Virus record (IMG/VR): IMGVR_UViG_3300022744_000039
Coordinates: 1 to 50,989 of that record
From: a virus
Length of the DNA stretch: 50,989 nucleotides
Strand: one strand, 5' to 3'
Part shown: positions 1 to 7,129 of the stretch, piece by piece
Layout: each line of letters opens with the position of its first letter
How positions within the stretch are numbered: the first letter of the stretch is position 1
Program-made: the position numbers and the translations under genes
The notes under the pieces: generated by a model
The model's input: the letters and a program-made list of their open reading frames with translations, nothing else
Told to the model about the DNA's origin: nothing
Database searches by the model: none

Positions 1-127
1 GTTCGGTATGGAAAGTGCCGCCGAATACGTCGGGACCTTCAACTACGAAGGCGCTCAAATGTATACGCTCGGAGGCTTCCCCGGCATCAAGTTGACCCCG
101 GATGATCGGCAATCTATCATCGTCGGT
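1..127. repeat. Terminal overlap: 1..127 is identical to 50863..50989
   Basis: Both ends read base by base and the same 127 nt occur (gttcggtatggaaagtgcc...ctatcatcgtcggt). This implies a circular or permuted 50,862-bp unit. The length is typical of an assembler k-mer overlap. Confidence 0.95.
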
Positions 128-322
128 GATCTGTATAAGGTCCGTGATCCCTCACTTCTTCTGTCTCTGGACAGTTATGAAGGGTATGATCCAAGGTACC
201 CGGAGCACTCTCTTTATATTCGAACGGAGATTGAAGTTAATGGCTGTCCCTGTTACGTCTATGAATACAACCGAAGCCTCCCGGAGACGGCACGGATCAG
301 GTCCGGTGATTGGGCAGCGTAA
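1..322 (+). CDS. Gamma-glutamylcyclotransferase-like (AIG2/GGCT fold) protein, 3' part; 5' part is at 50804..50989
   Basis: The reading frame is continuous across the circular junction. The joined product starts (M)IEHIFVYGTLRRGQGANRV, the YGTLRxG signature of the GGCT/AIG2 fold, and is about 120 aa. Confidence 0.75.
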   Translation, partial: FGMESAAEYVGTFNYEGAQMYTLGGFPGIKLTPDDRQSIIVGDLYKVRDPSLLLSLDSYEGYDPRYPEHSLYIRTEIEVNGCPCYVYEYNRSLPETARIRSGDWAA

Positions 323-980
323 GCGGGTATTCATCGTCGGAAATCAGATCAAAGACTATGCTCTGCTTTTTCAAACCCGCAATCTCCAATTTATGGGGAC
401 GCGAAAGATTGAAGAAGCCGATGTTGTTGTCTTTACTGGTGGTGCAGACATCAACCCGAGACTGTACGGGGAACGTGCTATTCCCTCTACAGCGTTTTCC
501 GAGACCCGTGATACCGCCGATATGGCCGCATGGCACGCCACACAGAAACATCAAGTCTGTGTTGGTATTTGTCGTGGGGCTCAGTTTCTGAACGTCATGT
601 GTGGCGGAACTCTTTGGCAAGACATTTCCCATCACAAATACGATCACCACATCATCGACCGAATGACTGGTACTCGTGTTTGGGCAACAAGTACACACCA
701 TCAACAAATGATCCCAGGAGAAGGGGCACGTATAGTGGCTACGGCTGGCGTAGCTATGACCAAGAAGTCTGATGGAGCTATATGGACTCGTCCAGTAAAC
801 CAGATGGGAGAAGTTATTTCTATCGATGGAGATCGTGTCGACTACGAAGTGATCGAGTACCCAGAACGCAATGTTCTGTGCTTCCAACCGCACCCGGAGA
901 TTGACCGAGCGTCGCTCCCGTTGCGCAACTATTTCTTCAACCGCCTGGGCATCATGCTCGCAAGTGTGAAAAGGGATTGA
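306..980 (+). CDS. Class I glutamine amidotransferase-like / peptidase C26 (gamma-glutamyl hydrolase type)
   Basis: Nucleophile elbow VCVGICRGAQFLNV and the His-Glu motif CFQPHPE are present, as is the N-terminal strand RVFIVGN. The start is uncertain: GTG 306 overlaps the upstream stop, with ATG 393 as the alternative. The track ATG at 102 lies inside the upstream gene. Confidence 0.8.
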   Translation: MIGQRKRVFIVGNQIKDYALLFQTRNLQFMGTRKIEEADVVVFTGGADINPRLYGERAIPSTAFSETRDTADMAAWHATQKHQVCVGICRGAQFLNVMCGGTLWQDISHHKYDHHIIDRMTGTRVWATSTHHQQMIPGEGARIVATAGVAMTKKSDGAIWTRPVNQMGEVISIDGDRVDYEVIEYPERNVLCFQPHPEIDRASLPLRNYFFNRLGIMLASVKRD

Positions 981-981
981 T

Positions 982-2127
982 ATGTGTGGACATGTTGGTG
1001 TCGCTGGCACCATGGCTAAAGTAGACATTGATGTCTTCAATGATCTGCTGTACTTCGATACGCTGCGAGGTCCTCACAGCACTGGTGTTGCTGCTGTCAA
1101 TCGCAATTCAACGAATCGAAGCTGGGACCTGCTGAAGCGGGTTGGTCCGGCGTATCAGCTTATGGAGAATAAGCGGTACGATTCGGTTGTCTCCCTCGGA
1201 AATTCGGCCATTATCGGTCATAACCGACATGCTACGGTCGGTAAGATCAACAACGCTAACGCTCACCCGTTCGAATTTGAGCACATTGTCGGTGCTCACA
1301 ATGGAACTATCCCGTGGGACGAGCGGTCCTCCATTATCGGGGGCGACAAATTCGATACCGACTCCGAAGGTATCTTTAACATGATCAATGAGTTTGGGAT
1401 CGAACAGACAATCCCCGAACTTTATGGGGCTTGGGCTCTGGTCTGGTATGATAAGCGTGATCACACCCTGAACATGCTTCGAAATGATCAGCGCGATCTT
1501 TTCTATGTCATTTCGAAGTCTGGTAGGACAATCTATTGGGCATCTGAATCCGCTATGCTTCATGCCGCTCTGATGCGTCGTGGTATTGAATATGAGAAGG
1601 CAACTTATATTCGTCCGGACGTACACTATAAGTTCAGAATTCCGGACACTCATGGTGGTGAGTTTGGTGATCCTGAACAGGTGAAGCTTTGTGGGCGCAC
1701 AGAAGCGACGAAAAGAACGTATCCGGGGTACACTCATGGCTTCCCGAACCGGGGCAAGGAAGAGGGTGACAGTGGCCTCCCTTTTGGTGCGAGGGGTGGT
1801 CCGACGACTCCGACTATTGGTAAGCAGCTTACGGACTCTAATGACGACGAAGATTGGGCACGACCCAGTGTAGCAGTACAGAAGAAACGGAAGATCAAAA
1901 CCCCTCTTCTTGTCTGCTACAAAAACGAAGTCATGGGAGAAAGGGCCTACAAGGCTCGTACGGGACAGACGTGCTGTCAATGTGACAAGGTTGTCCCGTT
2001 TGAAGAAGTTCATGAAGGAAAGGAACGGGTCAAGTTTATGACCAAGGATACCTTCCTCTGTGAAGAATGTGCTGAAGACGATTGGGTCTCCAGTTGGTTT
2101 GGTGAAGCTCAAAGGATTATGCAATGA
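982..2127 (+). CDS. Ntn-type (class II) glutamine amidotransferase-like protein with a C-terminal zinc-ribbon-like tail
   Basis: It begins MCGHVGVAG, with Cys2 as the Ntn nucleophile, followed by SAIIGHNRHATVG and the NAHPF motif. The C-terminus has CCQC, about 25 residues, then CEEC. The start lies 1 nt after the upstream stop. Confidence 0.7.
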   Translation: MCGHVGVAGTMAKVDIDVFNDLLYFDTLRGPHSTGVAAVNRNSTNRSWDLLKRVGPAYQLMENKRYDSVVSLGNSAIIGHNRHATVGKINNANAHPFEFEHIVGAHNGTIPWDERSSIIGGDKFDTDSEGIFNMINEFGIEQTIPELYGAWALVWYDKRDHTLNMLRNDQRDLFYVISKSGRTIYWASESAMLHAALMRRGIEYEKATYIRPDVHYKFRIPDTHGGEFGDPEQVKLCGRTEATKRTYPGYTHGFPNRGKEEGDSGLPFGARGGPTTPTIGKQLTDSNDDEDWARPSVAVQKKRKIKTPLLVCYKNEVMGERAYKARTGQTCCQCDKVVPFEEVHEGKERVKFMTKDTFLCEECAEDDWVSSWFGEAQRIMQ

Positions 2128-2927
2128 AGATTCTCGTCGGTGCCGATCCGGAACTGTTTCTGTTCAACCGGAATTCAAACAAGTTCGTCAGTTGCCATAA
2201 CATGATCCCCGGCACGAAGTATAACCCTCACAAGGTAAACTTCGGCGCTGTTCAAGTCGATGGCATGGCGGCTGAATTTAACATCGATCCTGCTGCGACC
2301 GGTGAAGAGTTCGTCCGCAACATCAATGCGGTTCGTGAGCAGCTTCAGAACATGGTGCCTGGGTATCAACTCATGGCTTCCCCTGTAGCTGACTTCAACG
2401 AAGAGACGATGAAGTCTCAACCTCCCGAGGCATTGGAGCTGGGCTGTGAACCAGATTATTGTGCTTGGACTGATGACATTAACCCTCGTCCTGATGGTGC
2501 TGTCAGCTTCCGCAGTGGCGCTGGCCACATCCATATCGGATGGACTTCAGACGTCGATATCCGCTCTGTTAACCACCGTGCCGACTGCGTGGCTGTCGTT
2601 AAGCAGATGGACTATTACCTTGGTCTTCCTAGTCTGCTCTGGGACCCTGATAACCGTCGCCGCTCTCTGTATGGTCGCGCTGGCGCTTTTCGTATTAAGC
2701 CATACGGTGTTGAATATCGTACACTTAGCAATGCTTGGGTCGGTAATGAACGACTCATTAAGTGGGTATATGCTGCAACTCGTCAAGCGATGGCAGACCT
2801 CTCGGCTGGTGTGAAAGCTGTTGACAAGTACGGTGATGCCGCTCGTGACATCATTGACAACAACCGGGTTGACTGGCCCACGACCAGTAACATTAAACTT
2901 CCTGTGTCTCTCCCTGTAGCTGCATAA
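2124..2927 (+). CDS. GCS-superfamily carboxylate-amine ligase (phiEco32-like COOH-NH2 ligase type 2)
   Basis: The N-terminus MKILVGADPELFLFN and the later GHIHIGW and EYRTLSN motifs match my recollection of the COOH-NH2_lig family. An ATGA overlap couples it to the upstream gene. Confidence 0.6.
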   Translation: MKILVGADPELFLFNRNSNKFVSCHNMIPGTKYNPHKVNFGAVQVDGMAAEFNIDPAATGEEFVRNINAVREQLQNMVPGYQLMASPVADFNEETMKSQPPEALELGCEPDYCAWTDDINPRPDGAVSFRSGAGHIHIGWTSDVDIRSVNHRADCVAVVKQMDYYLGLPSLLWDPDNRRRSLYGRAGAFRIKPYGVEYRTLSNAWVGNERLIKWVYAATRQAMADLSAGVKAVDKYGDAARDIIDNNRVDWPTTSNIKLPVSLPVAA

Positions 2928-2937
2928 GAGGTAAACT

Positions 2938-3561
2938 ATGGTTTCTCCGTATCAAACTCCTGAGGATGCTGCACAACATCTGAACCATACGATCATTATG
3001 TACGATGATCGCCCGGTGTACGTGCAAGAAGTCTTCAGGGCCGGGGGCGTTATTCGTCTCAGCCTGCTACCTGTTCCTAGTCTTCGTGACCCGTTTGCTG
3101 TCGATCTTTTCGATCCGCTGATCGATGCGAAGATCATGGGTCAACGTCTTGGTTACTGCAATCTTGGCTCAGGGCTGGGGGCCACGTGGGTCAGCCGAAT
3201 CCCGGCACGACAATATCATCAAGGCCTTTGTGGACAAAACCTCTCCATCGGTAATGTCAATGGACGAGGAAATGTTCTCCGTTGGGACAGCTTGATGCGT
3301 CGAGCCGAGTTTGCTGACATGCTGCGCCGTCAGTACCCTTCGTACAAGGAAGTGCTGAAGCAACTCGAAAACGATCATGACATTCCGTCTATCGCCTTCC
3401 ATCCTCACCTGGCTATTGAACGTCAGGAGCTTGGGTACTATCTGCTTCTTTACAAGGCCGAGCGTGTTGCGTGGGGCGACCCTCTGCAATTCAAGCTTCC
3501 AAAGAAGTTCGAGTATCTGAAAGAGACCCTCAACAAGTGTGGAGTTCCGTATGTCGCTTAA
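2938..3561 (+). CDS. Hypothetical protein (207 aa) embedded in the ligase cassette
   Basis: An ATG start is preceded by a GAGG ribosome-binding site, and the ORF fills the gap between two ligase genes. No motif recognised. Confidence 0.6.
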   Translation: MVSPYQTPEDAAQHLNHTIIMYDDRPVYVQEVFRAGGVIRLSLLPVPSLRDPFAVDLFDPLIDAKIMGQRLGYCNLGSGLGATWVSRIPARQYHQGLCGQNLSIGNVNGRGNVLRWDSLMRRAEFADMLRRQYPSYKEVLKQLENDHDIPSIAFHPHLAIERQELGYYLLLYKAERVAWGDPLQFKLPKKFEYLKETLNKCGVPYVA

Positions 3562-4582
3562 GACCGATTGGTATAACCGTCCGTTCGAAGATTACTTCAA
3601 CAATCAGTACGGTGGTTTCGGACGTAATGTTCCTGAAGGAGCTGAAGTTGGAATCGAGATCGAAGTCGAAGGCCGAAATCTGCCCCGAAACGGGATTACC
3701 GGTTGGACTGTCGTTGAGGATCACAGCCTACGAGGAGAGTCGGCGGAATATGTCTTTAGGGCTCCTGAACCCCGCACCCGCGTGCCAACCCGTCTGGCAA
3801 CACTTTCGGGACATCTCGCGCGTGAGGGCGTCGAAGTAAACCAGAGCTATCGGACTTCTGTCCATGTCCACATGAATGTGCGTGGCTGGCAGATCAAGAA
3901 GATTTACAACAACATCATGTTGTACATCATCTTCGAAGACATTCTTGGTGAAATGGCAGGCAAGGACCGTATCGGTAACCTGTTCTGTCTTCGGGCTAAG
4001 GATGCTGAGTTCTTTCTCGATCAGCTTCGACAATCTATCATCACCGACAACATCGGCCTGATGAATTCTCAGAATCTGCGATATAGTGCTGTTAACCCCT
4101 TGGCTCTCTTTGTCCACGGTTCCCTTGAGTTCCGGGCCTTTCGGGGCACTACGGATACGGCCCTCATTCAAGAGTGGGTAGACACTTTGTTTGCCATTCG
4201 TGATGCGGCTCAACGGTTTGACAACCCTATCCAGATTGTCGAACAGATGAGTTCAATGGGTGCTCGTGACTTTGCGCGGTCGATCTTTACCGATGAACAG
4301 ATCAGCCGTTGGACAGGCAATTGGGAAGAACACATCTATGAGGGTATTGGTTTGATCCAGCACGCCGCTTACGGTCATGGTTGGGTTGTAACCGATATCA
4401 ATCGAAAGATTCGTGCTAAGTCTCAGGACACTATGGCATTCACTCAGGCTATGAGAATTCTCCGTGATCCGGACGGTCTTCGCCCCGGTCAATGGGTTCA
4501 GCCAGCACCGCCTGAACCGGCCGTACTCCATATAGATGAAATCGATTTTGACGACATGGCCCAAGATGAGGAAGACTTGTAA
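3551..4582 (+). CDS. Amidoligase_2-family putative amidoligase (GCS/glutamine synthetase-like fold)
   Basis: Motifs GIEIEVEG, GESAEYVF, TSVHVHMNV and LEFRAFRGT are present. I prefer ATG 3551 with GGAG 8 nt upstream over the track GTG at 3539. Confidence 0.75.
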   Translation: MSLKTDWYNRPFEDYFNNQYGGFGRNVPEGAEVGIEIEVEGRNLPRNGITGWTVVEDHSLRGESAEYVFRAPEPRTRVPTRLATLSGHLAREGVEVNQSYRTSVHVHMNVRGWQIKKIYNNIMLYIIFEDILGEMAGKDRIGNLFCLRAKDAEFFLDQLRQSIITDNIGLMNSQNLRYSAVNPLALFVHGSLEFRAFRGTTDTALIQEWVDTLFAIRDAAQRFDNPIQIVEQMSSMGARDFARSIFTDEQISRWTGNWEEHIYEGIGLIQHAAYGHGWVVTDINRKIRAKSQDTMAFTQAMRILRDPDGLRPGQWVQPAPPEPAVLHIDEIDFDDMAQDEEDL

Positions 4583-5337
4583 TGACACTCCACATTTACG
4601 CCTGGAACCAAGCATCGGAGGGTGCCCGTGAACTCGCAGAAGCTCTTGGAATTCGACGCATCAAAGCTGAACGCTCAACCTATGTTGGTCGGCCTGACAA
4701 GACAGTTATCAATTGGGGAGCGTCCACTGTGCCGGATAATGTGGCAGCAGCGACCCTACTCAATGCGCCTTCTAATGTGGGTGCGATGTCCAACAAAAAT
4801 ACTTTCTTTGACCTACTATCCATTGGGGACGCACGTCTTCCGGAGCACACGACGCAATCTCAAACTGCGTCTCAATGGTTGCGTTCCGGTGACAAAGTTG
4901 TCGAACGTCACGTTCTCAACGGGCACAGCGGAGCCGGTATTCGAATTGTCGAAAATGGACTTGACTTGCGTACCGCGCCGTTGTATACTAAGTATGTACC
5001 GAAGAAGTATGAATATCGTGTCCACTTCGGCGGCGGTGAAATCATCGACGTACAGCGCAAAATCCGTGATCCCAACCGTGAGCCTACGGATTGGACAGTT
5101 CGGAATCACCAGAACGGGTTCATTTACGTGCGGAATGGTGTCCGAGAGGCAATGCCTCATGATGTTCTTGAGCAAGCAACCATTGCTTTCCGAGAGAGCG
5201 GCCTGGATTTCGGAGCAGTTGACGTCATCTATAACCAAAGCCGAGCGGAAGCTTACGTTCTGGAAATCAACACAGCACCCGGCCTGACGGGAGAAACGGT
5301 CAATAGCTATGCAAACTACTTCCGGCAGTTCCTTTAG
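4582..5337 (+). CDS. ATP-grasp carboxylate-amine ligase (RimK/glutathione synthetase-like)
   Basis: Motifs HSGAGIRIV, YEYRVHFGGGEIIDVQRK and GAVDVIYN...AYVLEINTAPGL are present. A TAATG overlap couples it to the upstream gene. Confidence 0.8.
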   Translation: MTLHIYAWNQASEGARELAEALGIRRIKAERSTYVGRPDKTVINWGASTVPDNVAAATLLNAPSNVGAMSNKNTFFDLLSIGDARLPEHTTQSQTASQWLRSGDKVVERHVLNGHSGAGIRIVENGLDLRTAPLYTKYVPKKYEYRVHFGGGEIIDVQRKIRDPNREPTDWTVRNHQNGFIYVRNGVREAMPHDVLEQATIAFRESGLDFGAVDVIYNQSRAEAYVLEINTAPGLTGETVNSYANYFRQFL

Positions 5338-5348
5338 AGGATTTTACA

Positions 5349-5630
5349 ATGCCCTGTAGAGATCAAGAATCTTGTGACTATTATAATCAGGAGGAACGGC
5401 GCAAGATAATGCAAGATCGTATTGATGCTCACGCACAGAAGTTGTGCCGCGTCTATACGGTTTTGGAGAAACAAAGCCTTCATCATCTGATCCCTCCGGA
5501 AGATCGTCTTTGGTGGGAGAATCATAAGGAATTCGACAGGAAGCGTCGGAAAGTGGAGCAAGAATCGCTAAAGAAACGTAAGGCAGATTTGGAGCGTCAA
5601 CTTCAAGAAGTAAACAAGAAGATTCGATGA
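5349..5630 (+). CDS. Hypothetical protein, charged coiled-coil C-terminus
   Basis: ATG with GAGGA 7 nt upstream. The C-terminal half is K/E/R-rich. Confidence 0.55.
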   Translation: MPCRDQESCDYYNQEERRKIMQDRIDAHAQKLCRVYTVLEKQSLHHLIPPEDRLWWENHKEFDRKRRKVEQESLKKRKADLERQLQEVNKKIR

Positions 5631-5830
5631 CACCCTGTTATATCTGCGGAGCACCTATCAGTGAACTCCGCCTTGATGCACGAGACATGAAGACCCGTCC
5701 GTGCATGACGTGTGAGACAATCATCGCTGAGACCGCTAATGAGCGCGTCCGAGAGCGACAAGAAGAAGAAGATGACGAGTTCATGCAACTCGATCTAGAA
5801 GAGTATCTCCATGACCTTGAGTCTATTTAA
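5627..5830 (+). CDS. Small zinc-ribbon-like protein with an acidic tail
   Basis: ATGA overlap with the upstream gene. The sequence has CYICGAP...CMTCE followed by an acidic C-terminus. Confidence 0.5.
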   Translation: MTPCYICGAPISELRLDARDMKTRPCMTCETIIAETANERVRERQEEEDDEFMQLDLEEYLHDLESI

Positions 5831-6281
5831 GGAAGTTCTCGACCAAGGGCCTCCCGGTGCTATCATCGCCGGGGGAGCCATTCGGGACCTGTTCTTTGGA
5901 AAGTCCTTCAAAGACATCGACGTGTTTTATGTTGGTGATGGCTATACATGGCCGGAGAGTTTTACCTTCGCGGAAGGCCCTAAGTGGACCGACTATGGTG
6001 ATCTCCACAGTGTTGTCGAAATTACCAACCTGAAGTACAAAGGGAATGATGTTCAAGTGATGCGTCTCACTGAGCACCCTATCCCATACGTTTATCAGTT
6101 CGATATCGATCTGTGTAAGGCGTACTACGATGGTGGTCTGTATTACACGGAAGACTTCGTAAAGGATGCCGTTAATAAGACACTGACGATCAATGGTGGA
6201 CACGGTAAACGCGCCGTCGAACGTGCTAACCGGATCAACGAAAAGTATAACTTTATTATCAAGGAACCTGACTATCTCTAA
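5811..6281 (+). CDS. Minimal nucleotidyltransferase (Pol-beta superfamily, CCA-adding/poly(A) polymerase head-domain-like)
   Basis: IIAGGAIRDLFFGKSFKDIDVFY matches the GGxVRDxLLGxxxxDxD signature of class II CCA-adding/poly(A) polymerase heads. At 156 aa it has no body or tail domains. Confidence 0.5.
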   Translation: MTLSLFKEVLDQGPPGAIIAGGAIRDLFFGKSFKDIDVFYVGDGYTWPESFTFAEGPKWTDYGDLHSVVEITNLKYKGNDVQVMRLTEHPIPYVYQFDIDLCKAYYDGGLYYTEDFVKDAVNKTLTINGGHGKRAVERANRINEKYNFIIKEPDYL

Positions 6282-6936
6282 CGTAGAACTTGTATCTGTA
6301 ACTCAAGGTGTCGGTCGCTGGGCTAAGTACACCGCAGATGATATCATTGCTTACCTTGCTCGGGTAAGTAATCCGTCTAACGAGAGCAACACTGAAACTG
6401 CACCTAGGCTCCTTCGGTACCTGATCCGTAAGAAGCACTGGTCACCTTTTGAGATGGTGAACGCCTGTGTCTATATTGAGTGTCCGCGAGATATCAGCCG
6501 ACAGATACTTCGACATCGCTCTTTCAGCTTCCAAGAGTTCAGTGGACGTTACGCCGCGTATGACGACCTTCTCTCCGAAAGAGAACCACGAGATCAAGAT
6601 ACGGGAAATCGGCAAAACTCACTTCCTATTGTGGACGACGCGAAAAGGCTCCTATGGGAGAAGCTCGTCGAGACGGTTCGAAGTGTTTGTATCGGAGCCT
6701 ACCGATCTGCACTCGATATGGGGATTGCTAAAGAAGTCGCGCGTTCGCTGCTCCCCGAAGGCCTAGTCCCGACCCGACTGTACATGAACGGAACTCTTCG
6801 TTCATGGATTCACTTTTGGGATGTACGGTGTACCCCGGAAACTCAGAAAGAACATCGAGAAATTGCAGAGAAAACTCGTGAAGCTATTCTCAAAGCCTAC
6901 CCCCAAATTGGAGAAATCATCAATGAAGCGTCCTGA
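6193..6936 (+). CDS. thyX: FAD-dependent thymidylate synthase ThyX
   Basis: The ThyX signature RHRSFSFQEFSGRY (RHRxxSxxxxSxR) and HWSPFEM are present. There is no start codon between the upstream stop (6281) and the conserved core. The in-frame starts are ATG 6193 and GTG 6223, so the gene overlaps the upstream gene by 59-89 nt. Confidence 0.85.
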   Translation: MVDTVNAPSNVLTGSTKSITLLSRNLTISNVELVSVTQGVGRWAKYTADDIIAYLARVSNPSNESNTETAPRLLRYLIRKKHWSPFEMVNACVYIECPRDISRQILRHRSFSFQEFSGRYAAYDDLLSEREPRDQDTGNRQNSLPIVDDAKRLLWEKLVETVRSVCIGAYRSALDMGIAKEVARSLLPEGLVPTRLYMNGTLRSWIHFWDVRCTPETQKEHREIAEKTREAILKAYPQIGEIINEAS

Positions 6937-7129
6937 AGAAGTTGTAGGTAATGAACTGCGTAATGCGTTCAATGAATATATCCGACTGAAGAAAGGGATG
7001 ATCGACCTTGGGTATTCAGTGCGTCATCCTTGGAAAACGTATGATTATCCAAATGTTTACGCTCGGCCAGGACCTGATACGGATCGCCTTGAAATTGAAA
7101 AGACAGTCTCGCGGACGTTCAAATACTGA
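6923..7129 (+). CDS. Hypothetical protein (68 aa)
   Basis: ATG 6923 with GGAGAA 8 nt upstream. The earlier part of the track ORF lies inside thyX. Confidence 0.5.
   Translation: MKRPEEVVGNELRNAFNEYIRLKKGMIDLGYSVRHPWKTYDYPNVYARPGPDTDRLEIEKTVSRTFKY

Noticed and set aside
92-120. TTGACC-N17-TATCAT promoter-like element inside the GGCT gene, overlapping one copy of the ATCTATCATC 10-mer
   Set aside because: The other four copies of the 10-mer have no -35 element at a workable spacing, so the 10-mer is not generally a -10 box. A single internal match of this quality can arise by chance.
1-127. Possible genuine short direct terminal repeat or a duplicated GGCT gene fragment
   Set aside because: The repeat is exact, lies at the extreme ends of the window and falls mid-gene with a continuous reading frame. 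This is most simply explained as a circular-contig assembly overlap. It cannot be distinguished from a real terminal repeat without read data.
102-305. N-terminal extension of the class I GATase ORF, and other in-gene shadow ORFs (4622..5287, 7142..7681, 10237..10908, 25305..25907, 27550..28224)
   Set aside because: Each lies wholly inside a better-supported gene in another frame or strand, and their compositions are not protein-like.
1-5337. Calling the amide-bond cassette a DNA hypermodification pathway
   Set aside because: I recognised no DNA-directed component: no DpdA-type transglycosylase, aGPT-Pplase, 5-hmdU kinase, hydroxymethylase or glycosyltransferase. thyX has the ordinary ThyX signature. 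DNA modification is kept only as one hypothesis among several in the finding.
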